Assembly (NCBI GenBank): GCA_026389425.1
Contig: JAPLHW010000149.1
Span: forward strand, 1 to 34,729
Reading direction: 5' to 3'
From: Coprothermobacterota bacterium
GTDB lineage: Bacteria; Caldisericota; JANLFM01
Length of the DNA stretch: 34,729 nucleotides
Positions 8,386 to 16,557 of the stretch are shown here, piece after piece. Position numbers and translations under genes: made by a program. A model generated the notes under the pieces. The model was not told the origin of the DNA and searched no databases. It saw only the letters and a program-made list of their open reading frames with translations. Each line of letters starts with the position of its first letter. Positions within the stretch are counted from its first letter, which is position 1.

Positions 8386-9426
8386 TTGGACAGCCGAGCC
8401 AAGAGCAGCCTGGCCTCTTTCCTGGGGATTGTGCTCTCCATCCTGGTGGCGTTCATCATCGCTATCATCCTCATCTTCTCTTTCTCCAAAGATCCCGGCA
8501 AGACGCTTTACTGGTATTTCTTCGGGCCCTTCACCAATCCCTTTGTCTTCGGCAATATGCTGGAATCAGCCATCCCCTTGCTCTTCACCGGGCTGGGCAT
8601 GGCCGTAGCTTTCAAGAGCGGGGTGACCAACCTGGGCGGTGAAGGGCAGATCTTTGCCGGAGCGATCATGGCTGTCATCCTGGGGATTCTCCTTCCCAAC
8701 CTCCCTGGTGGGGTGGGGATCGCCACCCTACTTTTAGGCGGAGCCATCGTGGGCTCTCTGATGGCTGGCCTCTCCGGCTTCCTGCGTATGGCCTGGGGCG
8801 TTTCCGATCTTCTCACTACCTACTTGATCTCCACCGGGATGGTCTATGTCATCAATTATTTGATCCTTGGTCCCTTGCGCGATCCCGCCCAGATCACCAT
8901 CCAATCCCTCTCCATTCCGGCCGCCTACATGCTCCCCCGGCTTCTGCCGCCTTCCTATCTGCATTCCGGCCTCCTGCTGGGATTGGCGGCGGCGGTCTTC
9001 ATCTGGTTTCTGATCTACCGCACGCACCTTGGCTATGAGCTGCGCGTGGCCGGCTCGAACAGACAGTTCGGCCGCTACGGTGGGATCGAAGTGCGCCAAT
9101 ACCTGGTCCTGCCGATGCTCATCTCCGGCGCCCTGATCGGCTTGGGGGGCGCGGTCCAGGTGGTCGGCCGCTACGGCTCCTGCTTCTCCGATCTCACCGC
9201 CGGCCTAGGCTGGAACGGCATCGCCGTGGCTCTCATCGCTCGCTCCAACCCGCTCGGGGTGATCCCGGCAGCACTCTTTTACGCGTACCTGGACGCGGGC
9301 GCCAAGAGCGCTATGATCAATTCCGACATCACTTATGAGATCGCTTCCATTATCAGTGCCGTGATTTTTTATCTGGTTACCGCCGAAGCGGCAGTGGCCT
9401 TCATCCGCAGGAGGCTTGGCAAATGA
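8386..9426 (+). CDS. rfuC: ABC transporter permease (BPD_transp_2, RfuC-like)
   Basis: Hydrophobic helices, NLGGEGQ, GYELRVAGSN, GWNGIAVALIA. Start uncertain (8356 CTG, 8377 CTG or 8386 TTG). Confidence 0.85.
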   Translation: MDSRAKSSLASFLGIVLSILVAFIIAIILIFSFSKDPGKTLYWYFFGPFTNPFVFGNMLESAIPLLFTGLGMAVAFKSGVTNLGGEGQIFAGAIMAVILGILLPNLPGGVGIATLLLGGAIVGSLMAGLSGFLRMAWGVSDLLTTYLISTGMVYVINYLILGPLRDPAQITIQSLSIPAAYMLPRLLPPSYLHSGLLLGLAAAVFIWFLIYRTHLGYELRVAGSNRQFGRYGGIEVRQYLVLPMLISGALIGLGGAVQVVGRYGSCFSDLTAGLGWNGIAVALIARSNPLGVIPAALFYAYLDAGAKSAMINSDITYEIASIISAVIFYLVTAEAAVAFIRRRLGK

Positions 9427-10436
9427 ACGGATCCTACATTCCAGCGATTGCCCAGACCCTCACTATCATGACTCCCTTGCTGCTGGCAGCCACCGGTGGC
9501 CTCTTCTCCGCCCTGGCCGGCGTCTTGAACATCGCCTTGGAAGGGTTGATGCTCTGCTCAGCCTTCTTCTCGGTGGTCTTTACCGTGGCCAGCGGAAACC
9601 TTTTTGTGGGTATTCTCGGAGGAATCCTGGCCACTCTGCTCTTGACCGCCCTTTTCGCCTTCATCTCCCTCGGCTTGCGAGCCAATATCTTCATTTCCGG
9701 CTTGGCCACTAATTTGTTGGCTGCCGGCCTCTCCATCGTGCTCTCCTATGCCATCTATGGACAGACTGGATCCGTCAGCTTCCCCGATATGCCCCGACTG
9801 AATCCAATTGTCGTGCCGGGAATCTCGGACATCCCCATCCTGGGCGACATCTTCTCCGGGCAGAACATCCTAGTCTACATTTCCTGGATCATCCTCATCA
9901 TCGCCTCGGTAGTGATTTATCACACCCCCTTCGGCATGCGCTTGCGGGCGGTGGGGCACGACATGGAGGCAGCCCGTTCGGTTGGGATCAACCCCAAGCT
10001 GATTCAGTTCATTGCCATCCTCATCTCCGGCTTCACTTGCGCTCTCGCCGGGGCGATGTTGACCCTAACCTTGGGAGCTTTTGTCCCCAACGTGACCTCC
10101 GGCCGTGGCTGGATCGCCCTGGTGATCATCTACTTGGGCAACCGGACGCCAGTGGGGGTTCTGATCGGATCGATTATCTTCGGTTTGGTTGAGTACCTCA
10201 GCAACTTCCTGCAAGCCGTCTCCAACCTTCCCTCAGGGTTGCTCCTGGCTATGCCCTTCTTCGTTACTGTGCTCGCCTTGGTGCTTTACTCCATCCTCGA
10301 ACAACAACTGCACCATCGCCGGCGCACGGCATCTGCGAACCCTTCCTGCAACCTTCCACCGGAGGATAGCGGTCCAAAGTCTCCCGCATCTGCCATCGAG
10401 GGAAGCGAAGCGAGAGCGAGCGAAAGTGGAGGGTGA
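9423..10436 (+). CDS. rfuD: ABC transporter permease (RfuD-like)
   Basis: TPLLLAATGG, NIALEGLM, TPFGMRLRAVG, GRGWIAL; ATGA overlap with the upstream permease. Confidence 0.88.
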   Translation: MNGSYIPAIAQTLTIMTPLLLAATGGLFSALAGVLNIALEGLMLCSAFFSVVFTVASGNLFVGILGGILATLLLTALFAFISLGLRANIFISGLATNLLAAGLSIVLSYAIYGQTGSVSFPDMPRLNPIVVPGISDIPILGDIFSGQNILVYISWIILIIASVVIYHTPFGMRLRAVGHDMEAARSVGINPKLIQFIAILISGFTCALAGAMLTLTLGAFVPNVTSGRGWIALVIIYLGNRTPVGVLIGSIIFGLVEYLSNFLQAVSNLPSGLLLAMPFFVTVLALVLYSILEQQLHHRRRTASANPSCNLPPEDSGPKSPASAIEGSEARASESGG

Positions 10437-10444
10437 TAACTTGC

Positions 10445-10472
10445 ATAGGGGCGACGCATGTGTCGCCCCTGC
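10445..10472. repeat. GTAG-family REP-like palindrome
   Basis: ATAGGGGCGACGCATGTGTCGCCCCTGC; aligns without gaps to the palindrome at 14117-14144. Confidence 0.65.
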
Positions 10473-10475
10473 TAT

Positions 10476-10530
10476 CTTGCGGCAACTTGACAACCCGCGG
10501 CAGCAGCTCTATAGCCCGCGGCAGCGCGTT
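10476..10530 (+). repeat. Degenerate ~18-bp GCGGCAGC-core tandem repeat (3 units)
   Basis: cttgcggcaacttgacaa / cccgcggcagcagctctatag / cccgcggcagcgcgtt; same family as 13077 and 23882. Confidence 0.6.
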
Positions 10531-10552
10531 CTGTGGTAAATAGGAGGATCCG

Positions 10553-11575
10553 ATGAAGCAATTGCAGCTTTTCGCTCCCCGCGACCTGCGCTTGGTCGAG
10601 GCCGAGTGTTCCGCTCCGGCCAAAGGTGAGGCATTGGTGCGGATCGAGTCCTGCGGCATCTGTACACTGGAGCAGCGCCTCTTCTCTGGGGCAATGAAGA
10701 TCTACTATCCGATTGTTCCCGGACATGAGGCCGCCGGCGTGGTTGAGGAGGTGGGTGCGGATTCGATCACTGCCTTGCAGCCGGGGGAGACCGTCTCCCT
10801 CGACCTCGTCTATCGCTGTGGCGAGTGCTATTGGTGCCGCAACGGGCAAAGCAACCACTGCGCCAATCGCTTCGCCGAAGGAGTCAACCCCCTGGGAGGT
10901 TTCTCCCAGTACATCGTGGTGGGTACTCGGCAATGTTTCCAGCTTCCCGCTGAGATCCCTCCCCGCGAAGCCTGTTTCGCCGAACCGCTGGCCTGTTGTA
11001 TTCACTCCCTGCGGAAAGCGAGCCTGAAGGTGGGAGAGGACCTATTGGTGGTCGGAGCGGGACCGATGGGCCTCTTGCACGCCCTGGCAGGCAGCAAGAT
11101 GGGTGCGCGCGTCTTCGTCGCTGATCCGCTCCAAGAGCGCCGTTCGTTAGCGCAAAGACTAGGGGCGGATCTCACCCTGGATCCTGCGGTCCCGCTGAAA
11201 GAGCAATTGTTGGCAGAGACCGGCGGTCGTGGCGTTGATGTCGCTGTTGTCACCGCACCGGTGAGTGAGGTCCTGCGCGAGGCAGCGATGGCAGTACGCA
11301 AGGGCGGCCGGGTCACCGCTTACTCGGCGTATAGCGACACCTTCGACCTGCCGGTGGACGCCAATTACTTGCACCGCTCCGAGGTCTCCGTCTTCGGGGT
11401 GGAAGGACGCACCGAGCGAGACTTCCAGGTCGCGGTCAAGTTGATCGGCACGCACCAGGTGGATGTCTCCCCGTTGATCAGCGCGGAATACAGGCTGGAA
11501 GAGTTCAACCAGGCTATGGAGATGGCCGGTAAGCCGGACCAAATCCGCGTCCTTTTCAATCTGAAGGAGGACTGA
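10553..11575 (+). CDS. Zn-dependent medium-chain (polyol/sorbitol-type) dehydrogenase
   Basis: CGIC, GHE, structural Zn site CGECYWC-x7-C, and the Rossmann motif GAGPMG. Confidence 0.92.
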   Translation: MKQLQLFAPRDLRLVEAECSAPAKGEALVRIESCGICTLEQRLFSGAMKIYYPIVPGHEAAGVVEEVGADSITALQPGETVSLDLVYRCGECYWCRNGQSNHCANRFAEGVNPLGGFSQYIVVGTRQCFQLPAEIPPREACFAEPLACCIHSLRKASLKVGEDLLVVGAGPMGLLHALAGSKMGARVFVADPLQERRSLAQRLGADLTLDPAVPLKEQLLAETGGRGVDVAVVTAPVSEVLREAAMAVRKGGRVTAYSAYSDTFDLPVDANYLHRSEVSVFGVEGRTERDFQVAVKLIGTHQVDVSPLISAEYRLEEFNQAMEMAGKPDQIRVLFNLKED

Positions 11576-11581
11576 GGGGGC

Positions 11582-13072
11582 TTGGCGAATCAACTCATTT
11601 GGGCTTTCGATATCGGTACCACCAGCCTGAAGGCGGTAGCTTTCAGGCCTGACGGATCGGCCGTAGCTCGTGCCCAAGCTGGTTATACCCTTACTTTCCT
11701 GCCTGGAGACCGCATCGAGACGAATCCTTCCTCCTGGGAACGAGCCTTCCGTCATTGCGCCGCGCAACTGCGGACGGTCCCCGCTGCCGCTAAGCCTGAA
11801 GCGATCGTCGTCGGAGGTCAGGGACCCACCCTGGTCCCTCTGGGGAAGAACGGAAAAGCTGTCGACCAGGCCATCTCCTGGATGGATCGCCGGGCCACGG
11901 ATCAGTCGCTGGAGATACGTGAGCGCACCGGTCTGATCGTAGACAGTTCCTTCTATATGCCCAAAGCTCTCTGGTACAGCCGACACGGATTCGCCAGGGG
12001 GCGTGTCCGATGGTATACCTCCTGCCCAGACTATATCGTCGGGCGGCTCACCGGGCAACTGGTGACCGGCCTCCCTGCGCCCGGCTTCCAGGCGCTGGTT
12101 TGGCAGCGCCAGGCCATGGAGGCTTTCGGTCTGGCGGAGGCGTGGCCGCCCTTTGTCCCCTGCGGCCAGGTGGTCGGACCGGTCAGTAAACGAGGAGAAG
12201 CCTGGAGCCAGGTGAGTCAGGGGATACCAGTGGTGGTGGGTCCTCCCGACTTCGTTGAGTCCTGGCTGGGCACGGCCACTGTCAAGCCGGGGCGAGCAGT
12301 GGACCGGGGCGGCACCAGCCAAGGCATCAATCTCTGCACTGACCAACCCGTGCGCGACACTCGCCTACTGACCTTACCTCACATCGTTCCCACCCTTTGG
12401 AACTTGTCCGGCATCATCTCTACTTCAGGCAAGGCCTTGGAGTGGGTTCGCTCGCTGGTCGGGTGGGAGCGGGTACCCTACCAGGAGGTATTCCGGCGGG
12501 CGATGGCAGTCCCTCCGGGGGCGGAGGGTTTGCTCTTCCTCCCCTACCTGGCCGGGGAGCGAGCCCCTCTCTGGCGGGCTGATGCGCGTGCTCTCTTTTT
12601 TGGACTGCACTTGCGCCATACCCCCGCCCATCTCGTCCGAGCCGTCCTGGAAGGGGTGGGTTACGCTATGCGCCACGTTTTGGGCTGTATTCAAGAACAC
12701 GGACTGGAAGTCATCCAGTTTCGTTGTACCGGCCGCCAGGCCACGAGTATCGACTGGACCCGGATCAAAGCCTCAATTACCGGTATTCCCTGTCTTCTCC
12801 CTGGCGAGGTGGAGGCCGAACCGCTGGGGGGAGCTATCCTTGGGGCGGTGACCTTGGGTTGGTATGCGGATCTGGTCAGCGCCGCGGAGGCGATGGTGTG
12901 CATCTCCCAGGAGATATTCCCGGAGACTTCTTGGGAGACGCTTTATCGGGAAGGGTTCCTTCTCTACCGCTCCTTGGCTGAGGATTCGCTCGGTCATTTC
13001 TCGGCTCTTACGAAGTATCGCCAGGAAAGCAATAATGCTCCTCCGGGAGATGTGGTTGCTTACGGCAGCTAG
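11582..13072 (+). CDS. FGGY-family carbohydrate kinase (xylulokinase-like)
   Basis: DIGTTSLK, ISWMDRRA, FLPYLAGERAP, RAVLEGV, LGGAILG. Confidence 0.92.
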   Translation: MANQLIWAFDIGTTSLKAVAFRPDGSAVARAQAGYTLTFLPGDRIETNPSSWERAFRHCAAQLRTVPAAAKPEAIVVGGQGPTLVPLGKNGKAVDQAISWMDRRATDQSLEIRERTGLIVDSSFYMPKALWYSRHGFARGRVRWYTSCPDYIVGRLTGQLVTGLPAPGFQALVWQRQAMEAFGLAEAWPPFVPCGQVVGPVSKRGEAWSQVSQGIPVVVGPPDFVESWLGTATVKPGRAVDRGGTSQGINLCTDQPVRDTRLLTLPHIVPTLWNLSGIISTSGKALEWVRSLVGWERVPYQEVFRRAMAVPPGAEGLLFLPYLAGERAPLWRADARALFFGLHLRHTPAHLVRAVLEGVGYAMRHVLGCIQEHGLEVIQFRCTGRQATSIDWTRIKASITGIPCLLPGEVEAEPLGGAILGAVTLGWYADLVSAAEAMVCISQEIFPETSWETLYREGFLLYRSLAEDSLGHFSALTKYRQESNNAPPGDVVAYGS

Positions 13073-13076
13073 AAAG

Positions 13077-13127
13077 GCTGCGGCAGCATGATAGCCCCCG
13101 GCAACTTGACAGCTCGCGGCAGCGTGT
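13077..13127 (+). repeat. 18-bp GCGGCAGC-core tandem repeat (3 units)
   Basis: gctgcggcagcatgatag / cccccggcaacttgacag / ctcgcggcagcgtgt. Confidence 0.65.
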
Positions 13128-13149
13128 CCAAGAAAGGTGATTCCAACCC

Positions 13150-13971
13150 ATGAACACGGGAAAACGCATTCGCTTGAAACAGATTCTGCGAAAAGACGGT
13201 CGCACGGTGATCGTTGCCCTCGACCACGGAGGCATCGCCGGGAGCATGCCCGGCATCGAAGACCCCGCCTTGGCGATCCGCGCTTGCCGTCAGGGAGGAG
13301 CTGACTGTGTCTTGACCACACGTGGCTTTGCCAGCCTCTCTGAGAATGAGTGGGACCGCAGCCTCAGTTTGATGATGCGGCTGACCGGAGGCTTCACCGT
13401 CCTGGGCGGAAAGTTCGAAGAGGAGCTGATCACCTCGGTGGAAGCAGCCATCGCCCTGGGCGCTTCCTCGGTGATCGCCACCGTGAAGTTCGGTCACCCC
13501 CGAGAGAGTGAGTTCATCCGCAATGCTTCGCTGGTGGCTGACGCCTGCGAGCGTTGGGGAATTCCCCTAACCATCGAGGCGATGGCTCAGGGAACGCTCT
13601 ACGGCAAACCCCTTTCTGGCAAAGCCGACCCCGCTGGAATCGTTTTGGCCGCACGGATGGCTCAGGAGCTTGGGGCCGACCTGATCAAGACCTATTACAC
13701 AGGGACACCGGAAAGCTTCGCCGCGGTGACAGCCGGCTGCCCGGTGCCGGTGGTGATCCTGGGCGGCGAAAAGAGCGAGGACGACGCGGCACTCTTCCGT
13801 AGCGTGCGTGATTCCATCGCTGCCGGCGGAGCCGGTATCGCCATCGGTCGTAACATTTGGCAAGGTGGTCGTACCCAAACGATGACCGAGGCGATGGTCG
13901 GTGTAGTGCACCAGGGCTGGACGGTGGAACAGGCGTTAGCCCATCTGGGAGAATCCGCGGGATCTCGGTGA
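13150..13971 (+). CDS. Class I (DhnA/archaeal-type FBP aldolase / LsrF family) aldolase
   Basis: VALDHG, ELGADLIKTYY (Schiff-base Lys), VILGG, GRNIWQ. Confidence 0.92.
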   Translation: MNTGKRIRLKQILRKDGRTVIVALDHGGIAGSMPGIEDPALAIRACRQGGADCVLTTRGFASLSENEWDRSLSLMMRLTGGFTVLGGKFEEELITSVEAAIALGASSVIATVKFGHPRESEFIRNASLVADACERWGIPLTIEAMAQGTLYGKPLSGKADPAGIVLAARMAQELGADLIKTYYTGTPESFAAVTAGCPVPVVILGGEKSEDDAALFRSVRDSIAAGGAGIAIGRNIWQGGRTQTMTEAMVGVVHQGWTVEQALAHLGESAGSR

Positions 13972-14009
13972 CCGGGAGGGCACGATTTTTTCGGCGACCA
14001 TTCCGCTAA

Positions 14010-14043
14010 TTTCACCTTACGTAATTGAATTTTGGATTATAAT
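14010..14043 (+). promoter_or_regulatory. Internal promoter (TATAAT at 14038-14043) with a candidate operator TTTCACCTTACGTAA over the -35 region
   Basis: AT-rich patch; 13/15 identity to the box at 681-695. Confidence 0.5.
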
Positions 14044-14112
14044 AACTAGGGCAACCCGCCCTGTCTCGCCATGCACCTTCAGTGGCAGGTCGAGGTGGAC
14101 CTACAGTCAACG

Positions 14113-14148
14113 GCCAGTAGGAGCAAGGCATGCCTTGCTCCTACTGGC
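14113..14148. repeat. Perfect 36-bp palindrome, GTAG-family REP-like
   Basis: GCCAGTAGGAGCAAGGCA|TGCCTTGCTCCTACTGGC. Confidence 0.8.
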
Positions 14149-14175
14149 GAGCACATTTGAATAGGAGGAAGTAAT

Positions 14176-15183
14176 ATGCAGAACCTGAAGGGACGAGATT
14201 GCATCAGCATCGACGGTTTTTCCGTGGAAGAGATCGAGTTCATCATCGATGTCGGCCGGCAATTGAAAAGGGAGCTGAAGATGGGGCGTTACAATCCTTT
14301 GCTTCTGGGAAAAAGCCTGGCGGCGATCTTCGAGACACCCTCCACCCGGACCAGCATCTCCTTCGAGACCGGCGTACAGCAGATGGGCGGGCACATGCTC
14401 TGGCTGGATCCCCACCGACTGTGGGTGGGCGAGGCCCAGGAGGAAGACTGGCATGACACCATCAAGACCATCGCCCGCTACTGCGACGGCATCGCCTACC
14501 GCTCCATCGGCCAGGCGCGCCAGCTCTCCGCTGCCGAGTTCGCCGATATCCCGGTGATCAACGCCTCCAGCCCGGTGGAGCACCCCTGTCAGTCTTTCGC
14601 CGATGTGCAGACGATGATGGAAAAGAAGGGAGACCTTCGCAAGGCCAAGGTCGCTTTCTGCTGGGGCTACCGAACCGCCAACCCCCCGGCCGGCTTGACC
14701 AACTCCACCATGCTGATGGCTGGGAAGCTTGGATTCGAACTGGCTATCGCTTGCCCGGAAGGGTTCGATCCGGACATGGATGTCTACCGACGAGCCCAAG
14801 AATGCGCAGCCCTTTCCGGCGGTAAGATCTCTTTGGTCCGTTCCTATGAGGAAGCGGTCCAGGACGCTGACTTTATCAACGTCTATTCCTGGGTGTCCCC
14901 GGAGATGTTCGCCAAGGGCCTGGAGACCCATTTCCAGGGCGACGCTGCCTTCCAGGCGCGCAAGGCCGCACTCCTTGAAGAATGGTGCGTAACAGCGAAA
15001 GTCGTGGGGATGGCCAGGAAAGATTGTATGGTCATGCACTGCATGCCCATCTCGCGCAACACCGAGGTGACCGACGAGGTTCTCAACAGCCCCGCCAGCA
15101 TCATTTTCGATCAGGCCGAGAACCGCTTGCATGTGCAGAAAGCGATCATGGCCTTGACCATGGGCACCACGGTCAATTTCTAG
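14176..15183 (+). CDS. Carbamoyltransferase of the OTCase/ATCase superfamily, non-canonical (ArgF'/YgeW-like)
   Basis: Carbamoyl-phosphate motifs STRT, HPCQ, HCMP and QAENRLH are present. The ornithine-binding DxxxSMG is replaced by YSWVSPE. Confidence 0.88.
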   Translation: MQNLKGRDCISIDGFSVEEIEFIIDVGRQLKRELKMGRYNPLLLGKSLAAIFETPSTRTSISFETGVQQMGGHMLWLDPHRLWVGEAQEEDWHDTIKTIARYCDGIAYRSIGQARQLSAAEFADIPVINASSPVEHPCQSFADVQTMMEKKGDLRKAKVAFCWGYRTANPPAGLTNSTMLMAGKLGFELAIACPEGFDPDMDVYRRAQECAALSGGKISLVRSYEEAVQDADFINVYSWVSPEMFAKGLETHFQGDAAFQARKAALLEEWCVTAKVVGMARKDCMVMHCMPISRNTEVTDEVLNSPASIIFDQAENRLHVQKAIMALTMGTTVNF

Positions 15184-15193
15184 GCGAGCACGC

Positions 15194-16039
15194 ATGGTCA
15201 GGTACATCACTCCTCACAGCTTGAACGAGGCCTTACAAATCCTTGATCAGGAGGAGCATTGCCTCCCCCTGGCCGGGGGAACTGACTTGACCTTGCTGGT
15301 GCGGGATCGAACGGTGCAAGTGGAGTGCTTGCTGGACATCAGCAAGCTGCCTGAGCTGGTCGGTGTTCATCAGGAGGGCGGAGAGATCCGGATCGGCCCC
15401 TCTACGACGTTGGCTGATGTCGCCTCATCGCCCCAGTTGCCCACTGCTCTGCGCACTGGTGCGGGTTGGATTGGTTCCCCGCAAATCCGTGCCTTGGGGA
15501 CGATCGGGGGGAATATCTGCAACGCTTCCCCCTGCGGTGACACCCTCAGCCCGCTCCTCGTCCTGGGCGGCCGCTTCCGACTGCGCAGTGCAGGCGGAGA
15601 GCGCGAGGTGCCTGCCGAAGCTTTCTTCCTCGGGCCCAAGAGAACCATTCTCACCCGGGGTGAGCTGCTGGTGGGGATTCATCTCCCCCGAGAGGACGAC
15701 CGGCGTTCAACTTTCCGGAAAATCGGCGGTCGTGGCGCCCAAACCATCGCCCAGGTCAACCTGGCCATCTCCGCTTGCTGGAGGGAGGGGATCCTCAGAC
15801 AACCCCGCCTGGCGGTCGGTTCAGCCGCCCCAACCCCGATCCGCATCCCCGCTGTGGAGCGGATCCTTGATGGACAGAGCCTTGGTGACGAGGTAATCGC
15901 TGAAGCTGCTGAGCGAACGGCAGCGGAGATCCGACCCATCTGTGACCAACGGGCTTCCGATCGGTATCGCCGCTGGGTCGTCCGGGCTCTTTTCCGCGAT
16001 GCCTTGTCATCCCTCACAGAGCAGGAGGTGTATGGATGA
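15194..16039 (+). CDS. Xanthine dehydrogenase-family FAD-binding subunit (XdhB/CoxM-like)
   Basis: LAGGTDL, GSPQIR..GTIGGNICNASPCGD, PICDQRAS..YR. Confidence 0.92.
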   Translation: MVRYITPHSLNEALQILDQEEHCLPLAGGTDLTLLVRDRTVQVECLLDISKLPELVGVHQEGGEIRIGPSTTLADVASSPQLPTALRTGAGWIGSPQIRALGTIGGNICNASPCGDTLSPLLVLGGRFRLRSAGGEREVPAEAFFLGPKRTILTRGELLVGIHLPREDDRRSTFRKIGGRGAQTIAQVNLAISACWREGILRQPRLAVGSAAPTPIRIPAVERILDGQSLGDEVIAEAAERTAAEIRPICDQRASDRYRRWVVRALFRDALSSLTEQEVYG

Positions 16040-16557
16040 GCGAGATCAACACCCGCGGCAGCACGTCAGGGGGGACAGATTTCAAATCTGTCCCCATAGC
16101 ATTCCGCTTGAACGGTCGCCCTGTTTCTGCCTGTATCGACGGCGGCTTGCGCGCCCTCGACCTCTTGCGCGAGGGATTCGGACTAACCGGGGTGAAAGAA
16201 GGATGTGGGCGCGGTGAGTGCGGCGCCTGCACAATCCTCCTCGATGGTCGTCCGGTCAATGCTTGTCTGTTATTGGCAGCTAAATTGGAAGGCTGCGAGG
16301 TGTTGACCATCGAAGGCATGGCTTCTCCAGACGGGACACTTCATCCCTTGCAGGCCGCTTTCCTCAAGGCGGGCGCGGTGCAATGCGGATTCTGCACCCC
16401 GGGAATGGTTCTGGCCGCCAAGAGCCTGCTCGACGCTAGGCCAAACCCCAACGAGGAAGAGATCGCCCGTGCCTTGAGCGGCAACTTCTGTCGATGCACC
16501 GGCTATACCAAGATCATCAAGGCGGTGCACTTAGCCGCCGAGGAGATGAGGCGATGA
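16036..16557 (+). CDS. Xanthine dehydrogenase-family [2Fe-2S] subunit (CoxS-like)
   Basis: GCGRGECGACT, QCGFCTPG, GNFCRCTGY. Confidence 0.95.
   Translation: MSEINTRGSTSGGTDFKSVPIAFRLNGRPVSACIDGGLRALDLLREGFGLTGVKEGCGRGECGACTILLDGRPVNACLLLAAKLEGCEVLTIEGMASPDGTLHPLQAAFLKAGAVQCGFCTPGMVLAAKSLLDARPNPNEEEIARALSGNFCRCTGYTKIIKAVHLAAEEMRR

Noticed and set aside
11159-12346. Long antisense ORFs (395 aa here; also 108-587, 3283-4233, 5612-6475, 14107-15210, 25276-25977)
   Set aside because: These are shadow ORFs overlapping well-supported genes in GC-rich DNA and have no recognisable motifs.
14176-15183. Assigning the symbol argF/arcB
   Set aside because: The ornithine-binding SMG loop is absent and the context has no arginine genes.
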